This document shows positions 39,932 to 52,069 of a stretch of 63,486 nt of DNA, one piece after another (the stretch's first letter is position 1; every line of letters starts with the position of its first letter). The notes beneath the pieces are model-generated. The model searched no databases and had not been told where the DNA came from. It worked only from the letters and a program-made list of their open reading frames with translations. The position numbers were made by a program, and so were the translations under genes. The DNA comes from Catajapyx aquilonaris (taxonomy: Eukaryota): NCBI GenBank assembly GCA_000934665.2, contig JYFJ02002076.1, forward strand, positions 1-63,486, read 5' to 3'.

Positions 39932-40180
39932 GGCACAAGGAGTACCTTCCCATTGATAAGGCGCTGAAGGAATCCCTTTGGTCCATCCCTAAATGCATTG
40001 TGAACCAAATCTGCCTTCTTACCTGGGATGCACAAATTTGCTAACTGAGCCATGTTTTCTGCTGAGAACATTTCACCTTGGTGCGTAAAGCCCTCCTTCA
40101 ATGCCACTGCAAGCAAATGATCTTGGTGGACATGATCAGGCAAAAGCTGTGTTGCCATGCTTAGGGCAACTAGGCCACAC
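39932..40180 (-). CDS. ACTMAP: Actin maturation protease, exon 2 (catalytic Cys)
   Basis: TTTTCAG acceptor. (K)CGLVALSMA...GFTHQGEMFSAENMAQLA...VLLVP matches family motifs GP.CGLVAL.MA and T..GEMFS. Confidence 0.95.
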
Positions 40181-40670
40181 CTGAAAAAATGAAGGCAATG
40201 AAACACTTGGCCATAAAAACATATGAGATGAAACAAAACATTGCACTTTTCTAGAAGAACAATACAAACAATACAATGTAAACATGTACTGGCTTACAAC
40301 TTAGGTTTTTTAAAACCTTAATTGACCTTTGTACATTTACCCTTAGTGTGGTGGATGTCAATTGGCAACGAAGATATAATTGATAAAGCTGAAATATGTA
40401 TGATTGCATTTATGTGTGCTGTGGTATACCGTGGTTGTCTCCTACTTAACCTACTTTCTGTGAATATTTTTCAAGCCAACTGTTCTCACATATGCAGAAA
40501 AATATTTCTAGTGGTACATTCCAACATTACTTCACCCCAATAAGCACTGTTATATACCAGAGATTCTTTCCTGAAAACAATGAGACCATGGGGCGTAACT
40601 TATGTCCAACAAAACTGGATAGATACTTTAGTCCAAAGACTGCACAGTAAGACTCACTTTTGATGGTTTA

Positions 40671-40795
40671 GGGCCGGTTTCACCAAGCCCGGTTTTGATA
40701 AAACCCCTGTTCTTTCGGAAAATCCCTATTCTATTTGCAGGGATTTTCCGAAAGAACCGGGGTTTCATCAAAATCGGGCTTGGTGAAACCTGCCC
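40671..40795. mobile_element. 125-bp PIF/Harbinger MITE (diverged copy)
   Basis: GGGCCGGTTTCACC ... GGTGAAACCTGCCC with TTA TSD. Related to the copies at 56320 and 61991. Confidence 0.85.
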
Positions 40796-40975
40796 TTAGG
40801 AAGGAAGTCTACAGGTACCAGGGGTATAATGCAATAGAGTGGTGAAATACAAAATAATACCCATTTCACGTGGTACCACACGCTCCCAAAGTCATCAATA
40901 AGTCATACTGTACAATCTTTACAGACTTGATCTCTGAGTCACATTTATTGGGCCTCTATCCAAATGCGATTAATA

Positions 40976-41526
40976 CAGGGTGATTCTCCCGAATGGAAAC
41001 CCAAATATTCCTCAATAACTTTTTAACTATGGTATGGTTCCCGATGAAAATTGACATGTACTTACCTTGTATCATGCCAAACAAGGTCTGACTAAAGAAT
41101 GTACCAGAAGTGGTCCCCTCTAGCATCCAAGAATTTTTAAATCCGAGTCTGCATATTGCCGAAGACTCCTGCAGATTGGCGGTGGGGATTGCACCAATCG
41201 ACGCCCGCCACTCGCTCCCGTAAGGCCCATCATACCCCAAAACTAATTGGACTGTTCCCGTTCCCTTGCGATGCCCTCTCGCCAAGCAGACGGGCCGGCC
41301 GGAGATTGAGCCATGCCCGCCGCCAATCTGCAGGAGTCTTCAGCAATATGCAGACTCGCATTAAAAAATTATTGGATGCTGGAGGGGACCACTTTTGGTA
41401 TATTCTTTAGTCAGACCTTGTTTGGCATGATACAAGGTAAGTACATGTCAATTTTCATCGGGAACCATACCATAGTTAAAAAGTTATTGAGGAATGTTTG
41501 GGTTTCCATTCAGGAGAATCACTGTG
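40976..41526. mobile_element. Tc1/mariner-type palindromic MITE
   Basis: TA|CAGGGTGATTCTCC ... GGAGAATCACTGTG|TA with about 205-bp inverted arms, which explain the mirror-image ORFs in the track. Confidence 0.87.
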
Positions 41527-41617
41527 TATAATTCCACTAGCCAAAACAAGTATTATTAGCCTCCCTTGGGCTAACCTGGCAAGACCTTCAAACTGATTTA
41601 CACTTAAGACCCATATA

Positions 41618-42201
41618 CAGTAAAACCTCTATAAGTCGAACTTCCCTAAGTCGAAGTTCTCTATAAGTCGAAGAAAACGTTGAGCTTGGTCACTGGTCAC
41701 AATGTAAAAGAATAGGAAATAAACTTCCCTAACTCGAATTTCTATAACTCGAAGTGCAGGCAGGGCCTTACGATAGGATATCAATGCATTTTCAGTCTCC
41801 CTAAGTCGAAGTTCATGTTGGCGAGTACGGAAAATTTTCTCATTTCCCAGCCGAAGGGTCGAGAGGAGGCCACATGTACAGAAAGGCTCAATTTCCTGAT
41901 CTCCGTCTACCAGACGTTCCGAAAGAAGTGTTTGACTCGATTGTGACAATTGAATCCTTGAATCTAAGAGTAGGCAAATGTCCATAACGGAGATTTTTTA
42001 CAACAAAACAATGAGGAACCATGTAAGTGTGATAGTCACAGTTATTTTTAAGTTATGAACCCCTTTCGTCGCTAGATATAAAGGTAGGTTTCCTTATAGA
42101 GTTCTGTGCTTTAAAAAATCCAAAGGTCTCTAACTCGACTCTTCTATAACTCGAAGTTTTTTCCCGGTCCCATGGAGATTCGACTTATAAAAGTTTTACT
42201 G
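41618..42201. mobile_element. pogo/Tigger-type MITE
   Basis: TA|CAGTAAAACCTCTATAAGTCGAA ... TTCGACTTATAAAAGTTTTACTG|TA with repeated TAA(G/C)TCGAA motifs. Confidence 0.85.
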
Positions 42202-42377
42202 TACCTGCTGTCCAACAAGAATTGTCGCAGCGAACTACAGTCTCTCGTGTCCCTGTGCTCGTAGATTGTAGTTCATGCGCTGCCGCTGCGACAATTCTTG
42301 TTGGACTGATAGTACTAACAAGCCGGGACCAAACACATTAATACACACATTATAAATGAATTAAATACTGTTTCGGT

Positions 42378-42810
42378 ATGGAACCCTACTTTTCTCTTGG
42401 TCTCCCACTCTCTCAGCAACGTATGTTAATAAATTTAAGAAATTCTTCAAAATATCTCCCCATCAAACCCGGCATAACCATTCAGATCCTTGACGAAAAT
42501 AACTGTAACTGGTGTAACTTTAAAAATGTTCCCTTAACCCCTCACCATATTTTATTTGAATGCCCTATTTTCATCATTCCTCACAAACTCAATCTATATG
42601 CACTTGCTGTTCTCCCACCCGAGTTATTACCATTTGTTATTGATAATATTTCTAAACATAACATTTTTCACTTCCATGCTTTCCTTTCAAACATTTGTAC
42701 ATGAATGCAATTATGTTCTTAACTTGTAAATCTTGGCGATGTGTCCCCCCAAAAACGACCTGTCAGGCACACAACAGGTAATAAAATATAATAAATAATA
42801 AATAATAAAC
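42378..42810 (+). mobile_element. 5'-truncated non-LTR retrotransposon 3' end
   Basis: ORF with a CCHC finger (CNWC...LTPHHILFECP) typical of LINE ORF2 C-termini, followed by a short UTR and an (AAT/AAAT)n tail. Confidence 0.75.
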
Positions 42811-43224
42811 TAGAAAAAAGACCACATATAAAACATATAATAAACATTATAAAAATAATGTAAAATGACTGAGGTGCTCTGGCTAATGGTTTAGTTGGTT
42901 AGTGGCTTCTATCACTGTGGAAGTTTGTCAATTTTGGAAAATCAGAACTGCTCCTCTGTAGCCTATCATTCAATAACTAGTAATCAATGCCTGTCATTAC
43001 AGACATAACTCAGATAGGCTATTTCTATGTTTTTGTGCAAATGTGGGTGTTTTGCAGTGCCTGATGGAATTCAATTTATTCAAATGTAGAGGTCCCTTCT
43101 TTGAAGCACATTATCTCGGTAACTATGCTGCGGACACCCATGATTGCCTGTACTTAAAATGATCGCCTAGAACCCCACTATCATTTCCCACAACGAAGGT
43201 ACGATAAATTTCTTCACCCTGTTC

Positions 43225-43701
43225 ATATGAAAGGACAAGTCTTTGTCTACATAATTTTAGACATAGTCACCATGCACATTGATGCACTTGTCCCACTGGG
43301 ACACTAGTTTTTCCATGCCACTGCAGAAAAGAGCATCAGGCTGGCTGGGAAGCCAGTGGTGGACTTCCTCTTTCACTTCCTCCATGTTGCTGAGGTCTTG
43401 ACAAGCCAGTGCTTCTTTTTTGGTCCTAAGAGATGGTAGACCATGGTTAAGACCATCATTTCGTACCAATGAAGAAGCACCTGGCCAGCCCACACTTCAG
43501 CGACGAGGAAGTGAAAGAGGCCATCCACCACTGCCTTCCCAGCCAGTCCGATTCTTTTTTGTGCAGTGGTATGGAAAAACCAGTGTATGGTGACCATGTC
43601 TGAAATTTAAGACTTGCCCTTTCATATGTCAGGTTCAGTTTCTGAAGTGAAGCTTTGGAATCTTAAAAGTTGTGAATTCATTACTTTTTGATTCGCCCTC
43701 G
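43225..43701. mobile_element. Mariner remnant with an inverted duplication of the transposase C-terminus
   Basis: Minus strand EEVKEEVHHWLPSQPDALFCSGMEKLVSQWDKCINVHGDYV is a mariner C-terminus. A mirror copy extends to 43627, and the terminus is TTACTTTTTGATTCGCCCTCG|TA. Confidence 0.8.
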
Positions 43702-44003
43702 TAATAATTAATTGCTTTTTCTTTTATTAATTTGTGGATACCAATTTTTAAAATGTCTCGAAATGACTCATCCTATAATGATGAAATGTGAGCCACCTGA
43801 TAATATGGAACTCAACTTGAGAATTTCCCCTGTCTGTTTCACTGTTCCTGACTAGTCCTGAACTAGCTTGGAGCAGCAAAATTAATAAGGCCAATGTTGA
43901 CATGTACTGTACAATTTTCTTTTTATCACAAAATACACACCTTACAATCAATATTTTTGCATCTTAGATAATGTTCCAATAATAACCTTTAGTTTCATGA
44001 GTA

Positions 44004-45429
44004 CAGGAAGTCCCCGGTCTACGAACGAGGTTTCATTTCTGAAAATGTCCATAAGTCAGATTTGTACGTAACTCGGATCCCTACGGAACAGCACATACAC
44101 AAGCTTTCAGGACTTTCAGGGGCTGACCCAGCCATGAATGGCCCTACAACCCCTCCAATCCCCATTTATTCATCCCAAAACACAATCTACATAAATACAA
44201 TATAAAATTTCACTCTCTTCTTCATGCCTCCAAATCCAGTCCTGCTCTCGTCATCTAGCTCATCAGCTCTCTACCCCTGACCCACATCAGAACATGATCT
44301 CTTCATTCCCAATGGTACAAGCTAGGCGTTTAACACTGCAAGGACCCTATCCACAGCTAAACAGAAGGAATTGAAATCCTGCTGGAGATCAGTCGTGAAG
44401 GCGATCCTGGAGCATGACCAGCTGAGTCCCCTGGAGACCGCCGCTCTCATAAGCTGATGGTGCCGGGATGGTGCAATACCACACCATGTGCGCCACGTCC
44501 TGTCATCCCTGGCCACATGGACATCTCGCTACCTCCTTGGTCCACACACTCCGTCTGAAACAGAAAAGGTAGGCCCAGAGCAGGCCATGGCCAGATATGA
44601 TTCGGCCCACGTGCCCGTGCCCGTGCATGTGACAACAGTCATCCACTTGCGGGAAGGAAGGCTTGATACCACTTGCCACCGGCTGCATCCCACCTCATCT
44701 GCCAGCTCATCAAAGACTGCTGTCAAGAATGTCTACCCATGACTGCTTACTAGCTGCCAGTCACCACACCTTGTCCCTCACTATGCGGGGATACAGGACT
44801 CAGGTCAAGCTGGAATCTAGATGGAGGCCCAGGATCCTCACTGTCTTGCCCAGTATCACACACTCTCCCTGGACGGCCACCACCGGATCCTTGTCCACGG
44901 ATGGTATGGGAGAAGAGGCCCTCTGTCTCGCTCGAGTTGTATCTCAGCCCCAGGCCCCGGGCCCATTCCCCCAACCACACCTCCAGTCACCTCCACACCC
45001 TCTCAATCTTCTTAGCTGACGGTCCACGGATCAGCAGGACCTGGTTGTCAGCAAACACCTGGGGGTTCACGCCTGTGCCCCCAACTCTCCATACCCCTGG
45101 GAACCAGGAGTTCATTCCCAGGTTCCAGAGGGTAGGGCCCATGCTGGACCCCTGTGGACAGCCCATCATCATAGCGTAAAGATGCTTCTCCAACAAACCG
45201 CTTATGTCATGTGTTTGTTTACATGTGCGGAAGAAAGTAGTTCTCCAATTATTATTTATTTATTTTACAAAATCGATGTTGAACTTGGTATTGCTATTGG
45301 TCAATGTACACAGAAGTGATTGAAAGCGGAAGGATAATCATAAATTATCTTTATGGGGAGCCTTGGGAGCCCGCTCATAAGTATATGGATTGCTGTAAGT
45401 CAGGCCGTTCGTAAACGGGGGACTTCCAG
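44004..45429. mobile_element. pogo/Tigger-type MITE interrupted by a LINE fragment
   Basis: TA|CAGGAAGTCCCCGGTCTACGAACG ... CGTTCGTAAACGGGGGACTTCCAG|TA. Confidence 0.7.
44105..45180 (-). mobile_element. Degenerate non-LTR retrotransposon fragment (R1-like; RT plus C-terminal region)
   Basis: GCPQGSSMGPTLWNL...QVFADNQVLLI corresponds to the RT motifs PQGS.LGP and YADD. Further on lie ISGHGLLWAYLFCF and CPCG/CVCG. Frameshifted; boundaries approximate. Confidence 0.8.
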
Positions 45430-45658
45430 TACACAGTTCAGAAATAAAATTACACAATGATAATGATTAATATTAGTACCATAATATTTAAAAGTAATAA
45501 ACTGGTATTAATACTGGGGGAAGTCAAAATATAAAAAATAAAATTGGTTGTCAATAATTGGAACCACTGCAAAAGGAATAAAAATTTTCTCCACACTATC
45601 TAAGCATTAATGCACAGCATATAAGCTCCTGTAACATCAACCACCACACCACACCTAC

Positions 45659-45897
45659 TTTGGACCAGACTGCAATACAGATTCCACATGATGGTAGTAC
45701 ACCCAGGCTGTGCAGGACGGAGCCAACACTCGGCCTAGGCTGCTGCATATCTGCATGTGCGCTTCTGCCTCACTCTGAACATGGTGCTTGTTCAAAGTCT
45801 CATAAAATGTTCTTGTAGGATGTGAGCATGGCTGGGGTACAGGAGGAGGTGGAGGAGGTGGTGGTGGAGTTGGCAAAAGTGAGCTTCTTTGGCTCAT
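45659..45897 (-). CDS. ACTMAP: Actin maturation protease, first identified coding exon
   Basis: MSQRSSLLPTPPPPPPPPP...VESVLQSGPK with a GTAGGT donor, phase 2, giving QSGPKCGLVAL. A Pro-rich N-terminus is typical of the family. A TTGTAG acceptor just upstream of the ATG implies an unseen 5' exon. Confidence 0.88.
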
Positions 45898-47323
45898 GTT
45901 ACTACAACAATCCCAAACAGTACATATACACACGCATGATATGGGGTGGAAGGGGAAGCACGTGGGGCTATACTATCGTGAAGTACTATCTCCATAAATT
46001 TATTTCAGTCCTTTATTTAGTAAAGGCCGAAGTGGGACATCACTATCCCCGCCAAAAATCTTCGAAGGTATACATAATATAGCAATAACATAACTCTTAT
46101 TAGTATATAAACTACATAACCGTGCACATAACCATATTCGGATCTCCCGCCCGCTTGATTTAAATCCAAATACATTAGCATAGTTTCTGGCATGGTTTCT
46201 GGTGGTTTCTGGTATTGTGAGTATGTGAAGTTAATACATATTAATACTAATGCAATCAATTTGAAAAAAGAGACAAGGTTGTAGCCAGAGCACGAGCCAG
46301 AGCATGAGCCAGAGCGTGGTTGCAGCGTTGCCACTTCCGTCCGCGCCGCGTTCTTCTGCAGAGTGCAGACATCGTGGTCGGACTGACCAAGCTGGTGCTC
46401 TGGGCCCGTCTCGCTTCCTGGAGCGTACCTGGGCTGCGGCTGGATTGAACATAGCCAGCCCGTAGACGTAGAGCTTTGTAAAAATTCACGTAGCTTCCTG
46501 GGCCCCTACATCGGAGGATTGGCCCAGGGTTTTCACCTCTTGCACCCATATGCCTTAGGGACTTGGAATTCATTGTGCGGAGCTGACCCTGGTGCCGAGC
46601 CTGAGTTGATTCCATGTGCTGACCAAAGAGGACATGGGTCATGGTACACGGCGCGGCGGTACACGGTATACATTAATTTTTTTTTTAAATTGGTGTGAAT
46701 CTTGTTTTTTATTGGGGGGGGGGNNNNNGGGGGGGGGAGAGAGAGAGAGAGAGAGAGATCTCACATCTTCCGCCAAAAGCAAAAACACAGTAAACCTCAC
46801 TTGCTTATGCGGAGTTACTGTGTTTTCACTTTTGGCGGCAGACATGGAATTGCCCTCACGTAACATTTGATTCTCCTCAGTAAAGTTCTTTAACACCTGC
46901 CATTAGGCTGTTAGTTCCGCCCGCAATGCGTTAAAGCTGGCTGACCAAGTTCTGGTTAGGTTTGAGGAGCACTGGTAAATTAATATCATGTCCAAGATCA
47001 TCCTTTAAGTCCTTTGTAAGTGACTGATCAGCGTGATGAATGTTCAGAGCAAGTTTTGAACACATCTATTTGGTTCAACTGTCTGGAGATAGGCTCACCA
47101 TATACACAAGTACATTATGTCATGTATCATTGGACAGGGCTGGAAATGTGCTATTAACACTGCTTGACTTTGGCAACCTAGGGTGAAGGGGGCCTCTATC
47201 ACTCACATGTCTCATGTATTGATATGTGTCCTTAAGGTGGCCTCGTGGCCATATTCATCATGAGCCAAAGCGGGACGGTTTTCGTAATCGCCGATTTCGA
47301 GCATTTAAAAGTGTCACTGACTC

Positions 47324-47638
47324 CTGCTCCGAATGTCCCATTAGGCACAGTAGGCACTGGCCTAGGGGCGGCCGCGAGTTGCAATAAATATTTTTAAAAT
47401 ACAATAATAGGAAAAGAGGGCGAGATCATAAAGAAAAACAAAATTTGAAGGGAGCTTGATTTACCACTACAGGCAGAAAAGGTAATTGCCGAAGGGCAGC
47501 CATAACTTACGCTATAATTTTAAAATAAAATAAAATAAAATGAAGGAGAGAACACAAGAAAAAATTGAATTTTCAGGCTTCATGAATGGGTGGGGGGCGG
47601 GGCGGATCTCAAGTGCCTAAGGGCANAATCTGGCGCTG
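47324..47638. mobile_element. Nested hAT MITE
   Basis: Exact 8-bp TSD ACTGACTC (47316-47323 / 47639-47646), degenerate TIRs, and GCCTAGGG motifs. Confidence 0.72.
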
Positions 47639-47711
47639 ACTGACTCTGCTTAAGGTATATATGTACCCTTTGGTATTAAAATCCACATAATTAAATATAT
47701 TTTTGCAAATG

Positions 47712-48267
47712 CGAGGGCCATACTGAAATGATTTACAATTTATTTTTTTGCTACAAATACAGTGCCCGTGCAGGTTGCCAGATAGTGACACATTATAGAT
47801 AGTCCTCCTGGAGCTGAATGCCGTACCACCGCAGGTGTGTCAACCTCTCCAGGCCCTCCAGGAACCACCTTCTGGAGGTGCGACGCACCCACTACCGGAC
47901 AACTGCTCACAGTCAACAACTGTAAACAATGTCCTCGAAATGGCGTCGGCGAAGGGTTTTTTTTTCCTGGATCTGGGTTTGGGTGCTTCCACACCCTCCT
48001 TACTCACCTGTTCAGAAACATGAAAAAACCCCTTTGCCGATGCCATGTCGAGGACTTTGTTGACTGTAAGCAGTTGTCTGGGAGTGGGTTGCTGCACCTC
48101 CAAAAAGTTCTTCCTGGAGGGGACGGAGAGGTTTCACACCCATCACTCTTGTATATTAAGCTCCAGGAGGATTCTATCTATTTGTGACTATCTGCCGACC
48201 TGTATGTACGGGCACTGTATTTGTGGCAAAAAATAAATAAATTGTAAATCATTTTAGTATGGCCTCA
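47712..48267. mobile_element. Fold-back MITE from mariner 3' ends, related to 38838-39410
   Basis: CGAGGGCCATACTGAAATGATTTACAATTT ... AAATTGTAAATCATTTTAGTATGGCCTCA. The interior is homologous to the 38838 element (HLFRNMKKPLCRCHVED). Confidence 0.83.
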
Positions 48268-48436
48268 TAATTTTTATGTGGTTCAGTATGGTTACTTAGG
48301 AGGTTTTGACATTAAAATACCTTAACCACCAAATGTGCTCTTGATTCATTAGGCAAGAAGCAAGAATGCAAGATGGCAGTCATATCAGTTCGGACCAGCC
48401 GAGCCCCCTGGTACTTCCAGCCTAGCCCTGTGTTGA

Positions 48437-48645
48437 CGGTAGTTTAATATGAAAGTCTCTGCTATGCGGGGAATTTGGCGCTGGCACGCACCCACATGAA
48501 TCTACTGGGGGTGGGTCAGTTCGGGTTGGCCACCTTCAGAACCAACCCAAACTGTCCTTTCCTCAGAGGGTGTTTGCAGACTAGGATTCAGATGGCTGGC
48601 AGCGATAGATCCCCGTCTGGCAGAGACTTTTATATTAAACTGCCT
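48437..48645. mobile_element. Small MITE, possibly Harbinger-type
   Basis: GGTAGTTTAATATGAAAGTCTCTGC / GCAGAGACTTTTATATTAAACTGCC inverted ends. Confidence 0.65.
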
Positions 48646-49193
48646 TATCGTAGGAGTGACAGGGATGAGCTTGTTCGGTCGGACTCGGAATAAGCGTGCA
48701 CTGATTTCTGGGTGCGTTAAAGGTCTATAGGCTCAAAGCCGGACATTTGTGTGTCCCACCAATCCTTTCTTCGACAGTGGGACACCAATCTGAAATTCGG
48801 GACTGTCCCGCCTAAATCGGGACATATGGCCACCTTATGTATCCTAGATATGTATTGATATATACTGGGTGTGCCAAAAGTTACTTTACCATAATATTAT
48901 CATTAACACAGTCATATTCCGTGAAAGATTTTATTCAAAACAATCAGTGACCAACAGAGATCAGCATGTCATAATCGATTTAACATGTTTGCTCTTGAAA
49001 AGAAGAACTATTTTTCTCTTGGCTGAATAGCATCCCAAGAATTCAGACGCCCGGCAGGAGTGAAGCAGCACGGTTGTGCTCAGTTGGTGCTCCTCTTCTC
49101 CCTGCATTTGCCCTCTCACCAACTGATTCCCCGTTTGACTCTGAGAGTTACCTGGTGGTCCTTGTCAGCGCACATTGCTGATACTGTTACTAC

Positions 49194-49499
49194 ATGGAGG
49201 AGGTGACAATGGACGCAATCCGATCCCTGCTGGATGGTCTTAAAGCTGACCTAGTAGCTGGGATGGACCAAGTCACCACGGACTTACCCACGTCCTGGGA
49301 GGAATCACAGCGAGGTATGCACGACGAACTGGAGGACTTAAGGGCCACCACCAACACACTGAGGGGAGAAAATTCGATGTTGAAGGCGGAGGTGAACCTT
49401 TTGGGGACACAGCTGGAGGATCTTGAAAATAGATCCCGTCGTCTCAACCTCGTCCTGTACGGGATACCGGAGAAGGGACCAGAAAAGTTACAGAGATGA
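49194..49499 (+). mobile_element. Truncated LINE ORF1 fragment (L1/Tnp_22-like coiled coil plus start of RRM)
   Basis: Heptad coiled coil followed by LEDLENRSRRLNLVLYGIPE, the hallmark of L1-type ORF1p. Confidence 0.82.
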
Positions 49500-52069
49500 C
49501 TTTTACTGATTTTTGAAGCTCTGTCGATGTACATTTACAGACATGAAGATGACACAAAAATCACAAGAGGAGGGGGAGGAACAAAAGACTAACAACACCC
49601 ACCCCCCAGACCCCATTTTTGACCAGAGTGTTCCACTCTTTTAATTTGAAAATGAAAATAGTTACATATACAGGGTGACCACCGGTCAGGGAAAACAGGG
49701 AAAACACTTGGAAATTAGCCTGTAGACAGGGAAAATACAAGGAAATTCATGTCAATGACTCAAAATATGCTAAAATTGCACTAGGCAACAAAATTTCTTT
49801 TGTGTTGATCTGGAGGGATATTTTGATGTTATTTCTTTATTAAGTTTGGTGTGGGAAATCAAATCCAACAGTGGTATTGGTTTTTTTTTTTTTTTTGGTG
49901 TCAAGCTTTTTCTAGTTTTCTTAAATTTGGTGAAATTTGCACAGAGGTTCCAAAAAATACAGCTGGCTTTCCTCCTTGACGTGAAGACATACCAAAATGC
50001 CACCCAAATATGCACAACATTCCTATGAATCCATAGTACACTCTCGGCATCCTTCCAGGCACATATTTATAGTGGGTGACTGAACGTGGGAAAGAATATT
50101 AATAGCCTCAGAATAAGAGATTTTGTGTCTTTTTAGGTCATTTTCTAGGGAATTCTTTTTTTCTCGGCAGTTATGGACATCTGCTTGTCCATGCTGATGA
50201 ATGCGAGGCAGCTAAGTTGTGTGAAGTCTGATAGAGCAGCGGTTCCCAAAGTGTGGGGTGCGCCCCACTGTTGGGGCGCGAGACGATTTCTGGTGGGGCG
50301 TGGAAGTTTTTGAAATTCGAAAATTTTGCATTATAACTATGAAGACCTGAAATGAGCACCATATGGCACATGCTAAGTTCTAGGGACAGGCGTGGTTGAC
50401 TCGTTATGAGAAATAGGTCAGCTAAAAAAATTATATTCCATTTATATATTTTAAAACGTAGTAGGCCTAATATTGATGATGATATGATACATACCTCAGG
50501 TTCTCAATTTATTTAAATTTATTTAAATTTTCAGCCTTAATCCATTCTGCTTTTGTAGCAGCAATTTAGTCCTAATGTTCTCATTGGTTCTTTGTCATTA
50601 TTTTTGTCAATATTTACTTTTTCTCATTTTTTATTGGCAAAATGTTCAGAAAATGCAACATTGCGTCACTCACTTCTTCTCTGGGTCTCAGGAGGATAAC
50701 TGGAATTTTTTCCCGGTCCTATGAAGATTCGACTTATACTGTAGAAGTATCTGTATCTGTACATCTGTGATTATTTTCACCGAGATCTGAGAAGATGTAA
50801 GAAGATTTCGGCTCACTTGATTCGGAAAGTAAACCGGTCCAAACTTTAAAACGATATATCTCAAAACCCAGCGCTGATGGGGCACAACGGGAATCAGCGC
50901 CACAGATATACCCTAAAATCGGTCTAACCTTCAAGGCACCCAAGATAAATATTCAATTTTGTTGGCCTGTGTAATCATATAACCTGTATTTGTAATATTT
51001 AATAAAATGACATTTTCTTACTGTTTTTAAAATTCTTCCGGCCAAAGTTTAGATCTGTGACTACACCCACACCCTGACGTTTAAAACAAGTTACTTACGA
51101 GCATTCTGGGGTGATTTCGAGCCAAACTGCTCACTCTGGAGTGAAATGTCGATGTTTTTGTCACTTAGGACCTTTATGCTTGTTAAAAACCATGTTCCGG
51201 TCTTCGGATTTCTCAGGACTTTTAGTGTCTTGTTCAGGGGGTCGAATAGTACCTCTGTACCAATTTCCAGCTTTACACGAATTTTTTTTGGGTCAAAACC
51301 TAAAATGACTGGGCTACCCCTCCTCTTGTGATTTTTGTCATCTTCATGTCTGTAAATGTACATCGTCAGAGCTTCAAAAATCAGTAAAAGTAATATCTGT
51401 AACATTTCCAGTTTTCGAGTACAATGGAAGAGAAAATTCACCTGCTTTTTGCAGGGGGCCCCATTATTTTGTCCAACCCCTATATATATTTGTTCTTGTT
51501 TAGGGTAATATAAAAATGAAAGAACAGTTGTGCTCAAAAATGTGCATAAAAGTTTTTTTTTGCACCTGTCTTAAGCCTAGTAGTGTATGCATCTGACTGT
51601 GTCTTGATTACATTCTTCATGAAATAATGTAGCAGTTATGTGAGCTTAACAATTTCAGAGAGAGAAACAATCAAGTCACAGGATCAGAAATGTTTATGCA
51701 CCTGTATATCTTAAGTATGAGACAAAACCAAACACATATTTATCACAGATTAATTTTATTGATTCAGTTAATTGACAAAATATTTATGGTTGGATCAAGT
51801 GACAGATTGACATGGCATGATGTTGAGAGGCTCAATTGAGGAGATAATGATGCATATGTTCTAATATTCTGATTTCCTTCATTGCTGCATCTAAAGAATT
51901 GTGACTCAAAGGAACTATGTTTCACCTATCACTTCCCTCTACAAGTAATTTGGCACCACACATTATACTCCCATGACAGGCTGATTGTGTGAAATGTTAC
52001 CAAACTTACATAACAATAGTTTCTTTGGATGTCATTCTACTTTGGCAGTCTAGAGCTATAAAATGGACA

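Larger units (their letters stand above)
47233..48837. mobile_element. Non-autonomous hAT element carrying three nested insertions
   Basis: TIRs TAAGGTGGCC / GGCCACCTTA, CGGGAC subterminal motifs, and 8-bp TSD TGTGTCCT / TGTATCCT. Confidence 0.78.

Noticed and set aside
40956..41531. Pairs of near-identical ORFs on opposite strands (also at 36798/37055 and 55586/55713)
   Set aside because: They are by-products of palindromic MITE arms, with no recognisable protein motifs.
46801..46845. Candidate upstream coding exon of ACTMAP (MSAAKSENTVTPHKQ|GTGAGG)
   Set aside because: Phase 0 would splice onto a TAA at the next acceptor, and the segment is one arm of a hairpin.
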